From Eledone cirrhosa (lineage: Eukaryota): DNA of 64,000 nt. The position numbers and the translations under genes are program-made. The notes below the pieces were generated by a model. It had not been told where the DNA came from. It did not search any database and saw nothing but the letters and a program-made list of their open reading frames with translations. Positions 12,757 through 25,707 of the stretch are shown here, one piece after another. Position 1 is the stretch's first letter. The number at the start of each line of letters is the position of its first letter. The stretch lies in assembly GCA_964016885.1 (NCBI GenBank), contig OZ024744.1:64666001-64730000 (forward strand), given 5' to 3'.

Positions 12757-13030
12757 TTCCTTTGTCAGTGTTGAACAAACGAGCAACGATGGTTGCTGGA
12801 CACTACGGCTTAATACGGGATGTTTGTTTACGAACACACCGAGCATTATAATAAATATTCGGTGAATCCATACGTACATATATATATGTGTGCATGTATG
12901 TATATATATATATACATACTACTGTACGTCTGTGTACATATATGTATGTACGTGTACATACTTATATTTAAGTAACAGCCGTACTAAGAGTGGGAAATGA
13001 AATTTCGTTTCATTTTTTCCGTTTATATAT

Positions 13031-13067
<37 letters not shown>

Positions 13068-13068
<1 letters not shown>

Positions 13069-14030
13069 TTCGCTTGCTTCCCTGATTTGCCTACCTGTTG
13101 GGTCATTTATATGTTTAGATATTATTTTAATTTCTATGTTGTCTATGTTACCATCATGTTCTTGTCTGGCGTGTTCGTATAGTACTGAACCGTTTTTCTT
13201 CCTTTTAATTCCCCCCAGTGTTGGTCTATCCTTTCTCCTATGCTTCGAGCTGTCTCGCCTATATATGTTGTTGTCATGTTTCTGCAAGTACCCTCTGTAC
13301 ATCTTATGCTATAGACTACGTTTCTAGTTTTAGAGTTTATCTGGGGGTTTACTTTACATATAATACATTTCCTATTAGTACAGTGGGTTTTCTTAAAAGG
13401 GTATGTTTTGCTGATCAGGGATTTTATGGTAGTTCCTGGCTTTTCTACCACTTTAATCTTTAAGTGGGTCTTTCTCAAGGCCTTTCTTCACTGGTTAACT
13501 AATTTTCCTCCAGGCGTAGCGTCCACGAACATGACACTCTGGTATCTCTGGTTGTCGTACCATGAGGTGGCTTTCCCTATCTTATGTTTAGTCCTATCTA
13601 AGCTATTCCATGATTTGCTCCTGTATAATGGGCAAATTCCTTTCATGTCCAGTTCTATGAGGGTCTTGTACTTCTCCATGGCTCCTTTATATACTCTGAT
13701 TCTGTCTCTTTGGTTGTAGCCAGAGAATTGCATGCGGTTGATGAAGTGTTGGATGTGTCTTTCCATTTCTGTTGGGTCGCACATGCGGGACACGTTCTTC
13801 ATCACTCGTACCAAGTCTGCGATCAGAATATTAAACGTAGAACTACGACACTGCTAAGTTTTTGAGTATCAGGTATTTGGAGGCCATGGGTTTAGCGTAG
13901 TGTGAGTGGAGAATTTGGGCCCTCTCGTTTATAGTGTTAATCCAGAGTTCCGTGTCTAATACAGATAGTCTACTGTTAGGGTGTTTGGAAGGGTAGTCGA
14001 TAGTTACAGTTATACTCTGGTGTATGGAGT
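13068..14030 (-). pseudogene. 5'-truncated Penelope-like element: RT C-terminus plus GIY-YIG endonuclease
   Basis: Fragments LSVLDTEL, HYAKPMAS, VMFVDATPGGKL, C..C..C...NVVYSIRC...YIGETARSIGERIDQH and RQIREASEI. Frameshifted. Confidence 0.88.
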
Positions 14031-14034
14031 TAGC

Positions 14035-14535
14035 CATAGAAATTAAAATAATATCTAAACATAGAAATGACCCAAATCAGAGAAGCAAGTGAAATAGAGC
14101 TTAGAAGGCCAAAGTTAAACAGAAAAAATGAATGGAACAACAACAAAACCCAGACAAACAATACTAACTTAATATAAATAAATAAATAAACAGATAAAAT
14201 AAAAATGGCGTGGACATACAATACAACAGGAGGAACATAATAGTACCACTGATGATGTTGCAGATGTGCAACGAAAGAACTTTGTTAGACTATATATGTG
14301 TGTTTATATCTATATTATATCTGTATTTTTGACCGTTGGTCAGTCAATGGTAAAAATTGAGGACCAAATGAATTAACTGTGGAGATATAAAAGATATAGA
14401 AGCGAAAACCAACCAAACAGTGAGTGTGTTCTGTTATTATTTCTGGCAATATTATTACAACAATATGACCCTCCCCAAGTATAACAATATTTGTTTCGAC
14501 ACACGATTTCATATCAAAAACCTCGCAAAAAACAA
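14035..14535 (+). mobile_element. Inverted 3' end / pLTR of the adjacent PLE
   Basis: 14036-14095 is an inverted copy of the ORF end at 13068-13138, followed by an HHR and the terminus tgaccctcccc?aagtataacaatat. That terminus is shared with the 25.9-26.5, 40.6-40.9 and 56.3-56.8 kb copies. Confidence 0.8.
14240..14293 (+). ncRNA. Minimal hammerhead ribozyme with imperfect stem I
   Basis: CTGATGA-t-gttgca gatg tgcaac-GAAAG-AA-CTT; homologous to 26266. Confidence 0.6.
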
Positions 14536-14559
14536 ATATATATATATATATATAAATCT

Positions 14560-14626
<67 letters not shown>

Positions 14627-14676
14627 AATCTACATACATACATATATATATGTATGTATGTAGATTTATATATACA

Positions 14677-14724
<48 letters not shown>

Positions 14725-15092
14725 AAATCTACATACATACATTATATATATATATAAATCTACATACAAACATATATACATACATACATTTACGTATGTA
14801 TATAGCTATGCATTTAGACATTTGTATATATAGATGCATTTATATTTAAGTGTGTAAGGATGTTGACTTGATTTATGCTTTTTTTTTTTGGTAAGGAGAA
14901 AATTCTGGCTCCATATTTTATTACCTAGGGAGATTAAATACCACAGCTTTGGCTGAAAGCTGACCAGGTTCTCAACCTCATCAAACACTAACACCGGCCT
15001 GTGTGTGTGTGTATGTATGTATGTATGTATGTATGTATGTATGTATGTATGTATGTATGTATGTATGTATGTATGTATGTATGTATGTATTT

Positions 15093-16432
15093 ATGTCAGG
15101 TCACCAGTTGGTGCTACTGGTAACATGTATCCCAGTACAACCTGTCTCATGGTCGGGTCGTTGGCGACTAAACTGGCAACCCCACCAAGGTTTCTTGGTG
15201 AGGAGGGTGACTTTGGACATCCTGCAGGACTAAAAACAAAACCTGTCAAAGGGCAAAGGAGCTCTTAAGAGTCAATGGCCATCCAGAATCACCGGGAGAG
15301 ATGACCCCTTAGCCTTTGTCAAGGCAGAATTCTAGGAGAAGGAAAACTCTGATATAACACCTGCAACCCTGATGGTATCCAATGATGTTGACTTGTTCTT
15401 CTTTTTGGTAAATATCATCTTGGTTAAGAGAGTGGGACTGGCTTTGTGCAGTGCCTTTGCTCACTATAAAAGCTTCACGGCACAGGCATTGCTTTATATC
15501 TGGAGATCTCTCTGCACTTGTCCTCACATGGTACCATGGCCCCAGCACTATGTGTCAATAATTGTCGCAAGTGTAGTGTTTGTACCAGAGTTTTCAAGTC
15601 GCTGGCTGGACTAAAAAGTCACACTCGTTCAGCGCTTCGGTAGGGGTTCTCCTACATGGATATAAAGTAGTGGCCGTACTCGAAAACGAGTTGGCAGCCA
15701 CCATATGTATGTATGTATGTATATATATGTATGTATGTATGTATATATATGTATATGTATGTATGTATATATATGTATATGTATGTATGTATATGTATGT
15801 ATATATATGTATATGTATCTATGTCAGGTCACCAGTTGGTGCTACTGGTAACATGTATTCCAGTACAACCTGTCCCATGGTCGGGTCGTTGGCGACTAAA
15901 CTGGCAACCCCACCAAGGTTTCTTGGTGAGGAGGGTGACTTTGGACATCCTGCAGGACTAAAAACAAAACCTGTCAAAAGGCAAAGGAGCTCTTAAGAAT
16001 CAATGGCCATCCAAAATCACCGGGAGAGATGACCCCTTAGCCTTTGTCAAGGCAGAATTCTAGGAGAAGGAAAACTCTGATATAACACCTGCAACCCTGA
16101 TGGTATCCAATGATGTTGACTTGTTCTTCTTTTTGGTAAATATCATCTTGGTTAAGAGAGTGGGACTGGCTTTGTGCAGTGCCTTTGCTCACTATAAAAG
16201 CTTCACGGCACAGGCATTGCTTTATATCTGGAGATCTCTCTGCATTTGTCGTCACATGGTACCATGGGCCCAGCACTATGTGTCAATAATTGTCACAAGT
16301 GTAGTGTTTGTACCAGAGCTTTCAAGTCGCTGGCTGGACTAAAAAGTCACACTCGTTCAGCGCATCAGTAGGGGTTCTCCTACATGGATATAAAGTAGTG
16401 GCCGTACTCGAAAACGAGTTGGCAGCCACCAT
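15093..16432. repeat. Two ~612-bp tandem units (15093-15704 and 15821-16432) embedded in (ATGT)n; probable non-autonomous retroposon
   Basis: Near-identical copies. Each shares tggctggactaaaaag(t/c)caca(c/t)tcg with 20798-20822, next to an R4-like LINE fragment. Confidence 0.85.
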
Positions 16433-16889
16433 GTATGTATGTATGTATGTATGTATGTGTTTGTATGTTCGTATATATGTATATGTATACACCCACACCT
16501 TTCATCACCATTGCTTCTTTTTGTTGTCATTTCTGTTGAAGTTGTTTTCTTGTAACTGTTGTCAAAGTTGACGTTGCCCTTATTTTCATTTTCTTTGATT
16601 TCTTTTGTTTTTCTTTTATCTCCCTAGGGAATTCGTTGACAAGCTTCTTTTATTTATTTTCTTCGTTTTCTTCATTCAAATGCATCACACTGGCTGTCTA
16701 AGAGACGTACAAATATGACTTATAAAACTTACCAAACTAAAGAGGTTTCCAGCGCCCCTCTAGCGCCGCCGAAGCTTCAAATGCCCCCCCCTCCCCCTCC
16801 CCCTCCGTTGAGAACCTTTGCTTTATACAGATTCATAGTACAGTGTTTTGGCTACTACATCATACCTCATTTGTAGATAATACCGTAAT

Positions 16890-18020
16890 GACATCTTTGG
16901 ACAGCTGCTTATAATATGGGTGACATTTTCGTTATTAATTCCGCAATGTCTGCATCTGTAGTCTCATCGAGGTGATCTGCCTACATCCTTTTGTGAATCA
17001 GGTATTTTGTGTTGATTTCCTGTTCTTGGATTGCAAAGGCATATCCTTCATTGCGTGAGCCAAAAACGGTTGTTGGTCCAAGATAGAATACTTTGTTTAT
17101 CTATATTACTCAGACTTTTGAGTTTCCTGGCAACAGAGCAGTGCATGATTTTTTTGCTGATAAGCATGCAGTTTTTCTTCCATGGATTCATTGCGGTATT
17201 GCTATGCAATTTTCCTTGGGTGTGAAGTTTTGGTTATCATCATGTTATCTGTCTCATGTAGACAGACTTGTTTAATAGATGGCCTCCTACACTTGGTGGT
17301 TCGTAGATGTTATCAGATGGATATGATGCAACACTCAAATAAAATCTGGACTGATGTTCGGCCTCTGACTCTAACCCTGTTTTTGTTTTAGGTAGAGGCA
17401 GTTTATGTCACTGTTGATGTGGAAATTTCCAGTGCTGGTTAGGATTTTTCGGGTTTTAACACCAATAGCTCGGATTTCATCTAGCATCCAATCGAATATT
17501 CCAAATGTTGATGTCAGGACAGGCATAACACACACATTGTGAACCACTATTTTATTGTGCACTCAGAGTTCAGAAGACCATATTTTTCTTATTCGGGTGT
17601 TATGTTCTTTGGTTACGCGTTCCTTGTTTCAATTACCATCATATGATATATTTTCATCTATCCCTAAGTTAGACCATATATGTTGTTAGATTGGCTTGTA
17701 GTTTTTCTCTGCTTTACAATCATATATGGATATTTATCCTGGCCAAACTTCATTCCTATATTTTTCGAGAACGTCGTAACCAGGACAAGGTTTTCTTCAT
17801 CCCATTTATGTTCTTACCATATAATTTCAGGTCATCCACAGGTTTGTATTCTTGTCTTCATATGAACTAATTATGTATCCTTCATATTTTTTTTTAGTAG
17901 AAAGGACAAGGGGTTTAATGATAGTATAAATAGTAGCACAGAATGGTTGTCTCTTTGAAATATAACCTTGCAATATTAAATTTTATCAGCGAAAATAGAG
18001 TCCTCTTCCCTGTATTAAAT
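16890..18020 (-). pseudogene. Degenerate R4/Dong-like non-LTR retrotransposon RT region
   Basis: IFQRDNHSVLLFILSLNPLSFLL, LGIDEN, NKIVVHN...PVLTSTFG...KTRKIL...HINSDINCLYL and AIQEQEINTKYL. Confidence 0.8.
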
Positions 18021-18093
18021 TTATGGATCGTGGCCCAAGAAGAAGATAGGTTCTGGTAATGGTATCTTGGACTTTATCAAGTCGGAGTGCATC

Positions 18094-18783
18094 GATAACG
18101 GAATACTCCTATGTTTTACTGGCGAAGATTCGAAACCGAATCTGAACTTTCCCGCCTCTGGGACACCCAATCGTTGGAAGTTCTTGCCTTTGTCCTGTCA
18201 ACGATGATGGATGACATTCCATTTGACCTGTGACCCCAACCTCTTGGGAGATGCTAACCACAGGTCAGATCATATATCCATCCTTCTAACTTTAGCACTT
18301 ATAAATACAAGGACTGGGGGAACAAAAGGAGGAGAATCGAAGCAGCAGTCAAGAAGATAACTATGTAGCATCAGTAGACCTTTCACCTTATCTTTCTCCT
18401 GGCCCTCACAGTTAGACAACCAGCCATGCCTGCCTGACAGATTGACCATTACTACTATGAGAATAAGATAAACTAAGAATAGGCACACACACACACGCAT
18501 AGTAAGTTCATATTGTTATATTATACTCTCATCCTATTCTACCTACCATATTGTATCTGCAAGACACAACCCAGCTTATATATTATATCGTCTTCTCTGA
18601 TACATACATTTACGTAGCTCGTAGCAGCTGCCAATTTATTGTACGGATATATTTGTGTCTTAAATTCTATCATTCGATATTCAAATCGAATATTGTTATA
18701 AAATAAACATTGTTAACAACTCAATCATGGCATTATTCTTTTCATCAAAACCATGATACCAACAACACAACCTATCCGTTACA
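18094..18783 (+). mobile_element. Solo LTR; second copy at 34367-35102
   Basis: Termini gataacgg...ccgttaca, 4-bp TSD CATC and an internal AATAAA. Confidence 0.75.
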
Positions 18784-18974
18784 CATCTAACGTTCAAGAG
18801 GGGGGAGCAGAATCGAATGCTTTATTGCAGTCTTTCCAGCCAGACTGTAATCATGTTCTTCCTATGCCACCATACCTCTGGCATCGCAGTTTTGTTTATT
18901 AGTTGTTGAGCACACTCCCAAACACCTTTCTTCCCAGCTGCTTGCTCATCTATGATGACATTATTATTGTCAAA

Positions 18975-19166
18975 GGGCGGTGGATTGGCAGTATCGGTGG
19001 AGGGTCAGACACCATGCTTTCCAGCATAGTTACGTCCCTTTACGATCTGAGTTCAAATCCCGCCAAGGTTGACTTTGCTTTTCATCCTTACGGGGTCGAT
19101 AAAATAAAGTACCAGTAATGCACTGAGTAATTGCTGGCCTTGTGCCTAAAGTAGAAACAATTATTA
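18975..19166 (+). mobile_element. SINE family A
   Basis: Full-length match. Confidence 0.9.
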
Positions 19167-19314
19167 TTGTCATAGTGATTTTGGAAAAATAAGTTCAGGC
19201 AGACTATACATTTTATACGTTAGGTTCTGGTCGGTAGTTTTTTTGCCAAGCGAGTGTCTTTGTTCTTCGGGACCAATATTGTTTGTGCTGATGTCAGCCA
19301 CCCTGGTATATATG

Positions 19315-19765
19315 TGTAACGAAGGGTATTAGTAGTGGTTGTTAGATGAATTAACAAGAATAGCTGGTTTACTTTATATATATGCTTTACTTCACTTCAG
19401 TCAAAAAGAACAATAAACAAGTTACCACGAGTCGCAAAGGTTGACGATGTTATTTTGTTGTTGCTTCATGAGGCTGGTGTAGTCTGAGACCAGGAGAGAG
19501 AGAGAGAATAATGGCTTGTGGTTGTCTGTAGACCTCAGCGGCCTGTAGGTGGCGGTGAATCTTTACATAGCTTGTCTATAACGTAATGCTCCGGTCTCTC
19601 TGTGTCAAACGTGGGATGATACAGGCTTTATATACCTGTCGCCTTCTGTCTCCCGCCTCGAGGGATCGCCCACGCATGAACCTGTCCACGCCGAAAAGGA
19701 TGGTGACCTAGAATTTGTCTTTTAGGTGTCACCCAGGGTTCAAGGCGTGGACAGATTTCGCTACA
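19315..19765. mobile_element. Solo LTR
   Basis: Termini tgtaacgaa...ttcgctaca; flanks tatg / tttg form an imperfect 4-bp TSD. Confidence 0.65.
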
Positions 19766-20189
19766 TTTGCATCTCCCGTGAAAGCTTGCTGGTAAAGGAT
19801 AATAAGATACATCCAATAGCATGTCAGTTTTGTCTCTTCCTATGATGTTTTCTATCTTGGAGTATTCCTAACAGTTTCAAGAGTATCATCATTGAAGCTG
19901 TATGTCTTTATTGTAATGCAGTTGTAAAGAGAAAGCTACTGCACTTACCGCAATTCTGCTAGCTCACTCAGCGAGCCATGCCGCATCCACGTGGGTATAA
20001 TCGGTTCACCAAGTTGCAGCTCCCATTCGCACGTCCGTCCGTCGCGGGTCACAGCCGAAAGAAAACCCACAGATGCTCCTGGGTACGCATCTCACGTCAC
20101 TTCCTCTTCCGCCTCCGGTCAAACATCCCCAGCTTCCGGTCACCTCCTCCACATCACCACACCATCCTCACAGCAGCGACAGTAGTTAG

Positions 20190-20830
20190 TTTGGATCTCA
20201 TTCAGCCACACTGCATCTTGGTTGAAATTTTTCCTTTAATCCTATATTTTTCTCCAGAAGGAATTTATGGGCCTCAGTGATATTTATTACTTTGCCCTTC
20301 ACATCTCTATAGACTGATGTTTGATTTTGGCTAAATCTTTTATTAATTATTTTTCTTTCATCTACCCTCTTCTGGTATCGAAGTTTCTCGCTGACAGCTC
20401 TTAATTCTTGTTTGAGAGTGATCAACTTGTACTGAAGAGTTCTGGTTGTACTGTCTCTAAACATCGTTTCTATTTTATTTTTTACTCGTTGTTGGTGAAG
20501 AGTCTATTTTTGTTTGTTTGTATGTCAAGAGCATTATTACATATCCTACAGTTTCCCGTAAGTCAGCAATATTTCTTTCTATTTTTGAGGTATATGATAG
20601 CATTTTTTAAAGGAATTTTGTTGCTGTAAACATCTCTGTTATGACCAAAATAATGTTTCACTGTTGTTGGCAAGGCATATAGGCAGACATCGATTTGCCA
20701 AAATGTAGGGGTTTTAATTTGTCGCGAATATTCACTTCCAATTTCGTCAAAAGCATGCATGATGCCAACTCTGTGCAAGACATTTTAGATCATTCATTGG
20801 CTGGACTAAAAAGCCACATTCGATCGCAGC
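20190..20830 (-). pseudogene. N-terminal ORF fragment of an R4-like LINE
   Basis: LKQELRAVSEKLRYQKR...INKRFSQNQTSVYR resembles the pre-RT region of RLE LINEs. Collinear with 16890-18020. Confidence 0.55.
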
Positions 20831-21305
20831 ACCGTTAATTATTAATATATATATATGTGTTCTTTTTTTTTTCGTGTAATGCCCATACACGATACCGAGG
20901 GGGAAGCCATCATGTATGTATGTATGTATGCCCCTGTCTGTCTGTGTGTGTGTATGTCTCTCTCTGTATGAGTTTGAGTTTTACAAACGAGAAAAAAGTA
21001 CAAATGTAGAGTGTAAATATTTATGAGTTGAGATTTCACTGTTTACCGTTGTTCACGAAATAACGGTAAGTACACACACACACACACACTTATACATATA
21101 CACACACACACACACACACACAGGCGCACACAAAATTCACTCACATGCACCCATGGTACATATACATACATGCACACAGACACGCACCACACACACACAC
21201 AGGCACACTTCATATACAAACACACACATACAGAAACATATATAACTATAGAGGACGGCACTTTTGATGTGTATTTCGTGTGTGTGTTTCTTTTCGGGGA
21301 GTGTG

Positions 21306-21762
21306 AGTGTGGTGGTGGTGGTGGCGGTGGTGCTGGTGCTGGTGTGGTGGTGGTGGTGGTGGTGGTGGTGATGGTGGTTGTGGCGATGCTGGTGGTGGTG
21401 CTGGTGACGGTAGTGGTGGTGGTGGAGGTGGTGGCGGCAGTGGTGGTAATGATGATGGTGGTGGTAGTAGTGGAGGTGGTGGAGGTGGTGGTGGAGGTGG
21501 TGGTAATGGTGGAGGTAGTGGTAGTGGTGGTGGTAGTGATGGTGGTGGCGGTGCTGGTAGTAGTGGAGGTGGTGGTGGTGGTGGTGGAGGTGGTGGTAAT
21601 GGTGGAGGTAGTGGTAGTGGTGGTGGTAGTGATGGTGGTGGCGGTGCTGGTAGTAGTGGAGGTGGTGGTGGTGGTAGTGATACTGGTGGTGGCAGTGCTG
21701 GTAGTAGTGGAGGTGGTGGTGGTGGTGGTAGTGGTGGAGGTAGTGGTGGTGGTGCGGTGGTG
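21306..21762. repeat. Compound (GGT/GGA/AGT)n trinucleotide repeat with higher-order subrepeats
   Basis: Seen directly; open in several frames (poly-Gly/Val, poly-Pro/His). Confidence 0.9.
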
Positions 21763-21860
21763 ATGGCGGCGGTGACAAATGGAAGGAGTGTATCGAGCGG
21801 CACAAACTCTCGTTCCACGAGTCCGTTGGTTCTCAATTCAGGTGAAACTAGTCAGTCACG
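21763..21860 (+). CDS. Candidate first coding exon of an unidentified host gene ([32 protein letters not shown])
   Basis: Strong Kozak gtgATGG, non-repetitive CpG-rich sequence and donor cg|gtgagg. An alternative donor ag|gtgaaa lies at 21841/21842. Confidence 0.4.
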
Positions 21861-21958
21861 GTGAGGAATTGTACCTTTCACCCACCACCCAGTAACGTGA
21901 GAGCGAGAGAGGATATATATATATATAGAGAGAGAGGGGATATATATGTGTATATATA

Positions 21959-22090
<132 letters not shown>

Positions 22091-22394
22091 CACATATATA
22101 TATAACACATATATATATAGAGAGAGAGATGGAGAGAGGGAGAGAGAGGGAGAAAGAGAGAGAGAAAGGTGTGTGTGTATTATTTATTACGTAAAGCTTG
22201 TGTTTCCATTCACACTTTATTTCCCTTCTCACGCGCCGGATGGAATAAAAAAAGGACTCAGTATGAACAACTATAAAAAGAAACATCAGGTGATCTATAT
22301 ATATATATATGTATATATATGCATATATATATATATATATATATATACATATTTATAATTATATATAACTCATACATAAGTATAAATAATATTA

Positions 22395-22485
22395 TTTGCC
22401 TTTCATCCTTACGGGGTCGATAAAATAAAGTACCAGTAATGCACTGGTAATTGCTAGCCTTGTGCCAAAAGTAGAAACAATTATT
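22395..22485 (+). mobile_element. SINE family A, 3' fragment
   Basis: Family match. Confidence 0.8.
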
Positions 22486-22487
22486 AG

Positions 22488-22531
<44 letters not shown>

Positions 22532-22747
22532 GGATAACAATATATCGTTAAATGTAATCCGATAAGAGGTTGTGAAAACTACTTATGGATAGTTTAAGCG
22601 TACAGTGCTGTGTGACTCAACATGAGGTTTACGTGGATGACGAGTTTATGACTTCACTTGTATTCCTGTGTAAGTACATCTTGGAGTAATAAAATTGAAA
22701 AAGTGAAGAATAACATGGTCAACAGTATAAACAAGGAAATTTATTTA

Positions 22748-22858
22748 CAGTCTAACAATTGTTTCTATGATGGAGTTGTCTAAAAATTGCTAAACACTGA
22801 AGTTAGTGGCACTCAATTTAAAAAAACATGCAACCTCCATCATTTCGTCAGAGAACTG
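22748..22858 (-). ncRNA. Hammerhead ribozyme with long stem II
   Basis: cagttct-CTGACGA-a-atgatggag...ctccatcat-a-GAAAC-AATT-GTT-agactg. Confidence 0.75.
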
Positions 22859-23746
22859 AGAAAAAATACAAAATATATGCGTAACGGTAAATTTATAAAT
22901 TCAAATTACTACATCAATAATAATATTAATAATAAAGCAAAGGCTTATCAAACTAGTATGTCGCATTGCAGGCTCTGTAATATGGAGCTTTTCCAAATTC
23001 TTAATTTCAGGAAAACCCTTTTTAACAGTAGAATTGAACGAACTATTTTTTGCCGGCACACATCAGCAACGAAATTCGAGAACTTTAGACCAATTTAATT
23101 CCATTTTCTATTCCTTATCCCTTTTATACCATTAGAGTCTATTACGATAACACATTATCAGCACCATTGTCACCTTTATAATTACCAAAGAACAACATCA
23201 GAACCTTTTGTATTTTCATTATTATTTTATTATATTTATTAAGGCGGTGAATTGGCAGTATCGGTAGAAGGTTGGACGCCATGCTTTCTAGCATAGTTAC
23301 GTCCCTTTACGGTAATGATGTTCAAATCCCGCCAAGGTTAACTTTACCTTTCATCCTTACGGGGTCGATAAAATAAAGTACCAGTAATGCCTAATTTGTC
23401 TTTGCATTTCTCTACTTAAACCTATTTCATCTCGATCATTTTATCTTATCATGTAATACATCTTAAACTAGTTATTTTACTTATTAAAATATCCAATACA
23501 CACATAAAATATCCAATATTATAATATTTTCAACTTTACATCTATCCATATTTTATAATCGTCAATAACTATTCGCAATAACATTAACAACATTAATACT
23601 ACTCTTATTCGTCTCTTCAACGCATTTATTTATTTATTCTCATCTCTACGTTTCAGATATTATACCATTTTATATAACAATAGATGTAAATTGTTTATTT
23701 ACTCATCTATCTGCTTATTTATTTACCTATCCTTTTATTTATGTAT

Positions 23747-23781
<35 letters not shown>

Positions 23782-24394
23782 TTTGTTTCTATACTTAAAT
23801 CTCTATTTTTTATTTGCTTTCATTCGTGTATTAATGTATATACGTCCCTTTATGATCTGAGTTCAAATCCCGCCGAGGTTAACTTTGCCTTTCATCCTTA
23901 CGGGGTCGATAAAATAAAGTACCAGTAATGTACTGGGTAATTGCTGGCCTTGTGCCAATAGTAGAAACAATTAATGTATATTCGTCTGTCTGTTTATCTT
24001 CCTCCTTCTCTCCATCCTATCTCTGCCTGTATTCATCAACAATTACTGTCTCTACCTGCTTTCCTTTTCCTTCTTCATCTTTCTCTATCTCTTTCTCTTT
24101 TTCCTTATTCATCCTTCTTTTTCTTCTCTACCTCTAATACCCCCCTCTCTTTTCTTTTTATCTGTATCTTTATTATTAATATTATCTTTATTTTGATGTT
24201 ATAGTTTGATTTCGTAATTTTGCCGGTTATGCATTTAACTGTATTTTCGTTTTCTCTTTCGTCTTTCTTTCCCCCTCGCTTTCCATCTGCCCCCTTCCTT
24301 TATTTCTCTCTATATCTTTATTATTAATATTATTATTGATGTAGTAATTTGAATTTATAAATTTACCGTTACGCATATATTTTGTATTTTTTCT

Positions 24395-24504
24395 CAGTTC
24401 TCTGACGAAATGATGGAGGTTGCATCTATTTTAAATTGAGTGCCACTAACTTCAGTGTTTAGCAATTTTTAGACAACTCCATCATAGAAACAATTGTTAG
24501 ACTG
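24395..24504 (+). ncRNA. Hammerhead ribozyme with long stem II
   Basis: Same structure as 22748, on the plus strand. Confidence 0.75.
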
Positions 24505-24560
24505 TAAATAAATTTCCTTGTTTATACTGTTGACCATATTATTCTTCACTTTTCAATTTT

Positions 24561-24652
<92 letters not shown>

Positions 24653-24980
24653 TATTTATAATTATATATAACTCATATCTAAGTATAAATAATATTATTA
24701 GCTTATCATCATCATCATTTTACGTCCGCTTTTCCCTGCTTGCATGGGTTGGACCGGTCCTATTTAGCACAGCATCTCTCCACTTGTCATGGTCCTTCGT
24801 CATCTCCTCGGTGAGCTTCAGCGATCTGAGGTCAGCTCTCACCACCTCTGCCCATGTTTTTCGTGGTCTACCTCTACTGCGTCTTCCTTCTACTGGGATT
24901 TCTTGGCACTTCTTTACCCAGCGGTCATCCTCCATTCGCATCACATGTCCATACCATCTCAGCCTTCTCTCCTGCACACC

Positions 24981-25029
<49 letters not shown>

Positions 25030-25033
<4 letters not shown>

Positions 25034-25575
25034 ATGGGTTGGAAGAAGTTTAGGGAACCGCTTCCCCTGTTGACAAACAAGGGTTTTTTTCCTGCGTACG
25101 AAAGGACGGTTATATGATGCCTGTGTGAGATGCACAATGGTCCATGGTAGTGAGACATGGGCACCAACTGCAGAGGACATGCGACGGCTGGAGAAAGATG
25201 AAGCAAGTATGCTCCATTGGATGTGCAATATCAATGTGCGTGAACGACTAAGCATAGACGAGTTGAGAAAGAAACTGGGTATAAGAGAGATAAGTTGTGG
25301 TGTGCAGGAGAGAAGGCTGAGATGGTATGGACATGTGATGCGAATGGAGGATGACCGCTGGGTAAAGAAGTGCCAAGAAATCCCAGTAGAAGGAAGACGC
25401 AGTAGAGGTAGACCACGAAAAACATGGGCAGAGGTGGTGAGAGCAGACCTCAGATCGCTGAAGCTCACCGAGGAGATGACGAAGGACCATGACAAGTGGA
25501 GAGATGCTGTGCTAAATAGGACCGGTCCAACCCATGCAAGCAGGGAAAAGCGGACGTAAAATGATGATGATGATA
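25030..25575 (+). mobile_element. RTE-like LINE 3' fragment with (GAT)n tail; inverted copy at 24705-24984
   Basis: GWKKFRE, HGSETW, RRLRWYGHVMRM and RGRPRKTW. Confidence 0.88.
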
Positions 25576-25707
25576 AGCTAATAATATTATTTATACTTAG
25601 ATATGAGTTATATATAATTATAAATATGAATATATATATATATATATATATAAAATTGAAAAGTGAAGAATAATATGGTCAACAGTATAAAGAAGGAAAT
25701 TTATTTA

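Larger units (their letters stand above)
12254..13026. mobile_element. Non-coding HHR-bearing unit: partial tandem (418-bp period) plus an inverted arm
   Basis: Palindrome arms at 12378-12689 and 12711-13026. 12254-12296 repeats 12672-12715 directly. Confidence 0.8.
22530..24562 (+). mobile_element. Truncated PLE: inverted pLTR (22530-22935), GIY-YIG C-terminus (~22940-23098), 3' UTR with two SINE A copies, and pLTR (24320-24562)
   Basis: CRLCNMELFQIL...NSRIERTIFCRH matches the 46606 ORF. 22690-22935 is the reverse complement of 24320-24562. Confidence 0.85.

Noticed and set aside
15640-15704. HDV-like ribozyme at the end of the 612-bp unit
   Set aside because: Hairpins are present, but P1.1 and the nested pseudoknot could not be built.
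19822-20181. GC-rich LTR-like segment ending gcgaca
   Set aside because: No convincing matching terminus or TSD.
21137-21836. Poly-His and poly-Pro ORFs on the minus strand; poly-Val ORF on the plus strand
   Set aside because: Alternative frames of one trinucleotide repeat, with no independent coding evidence.
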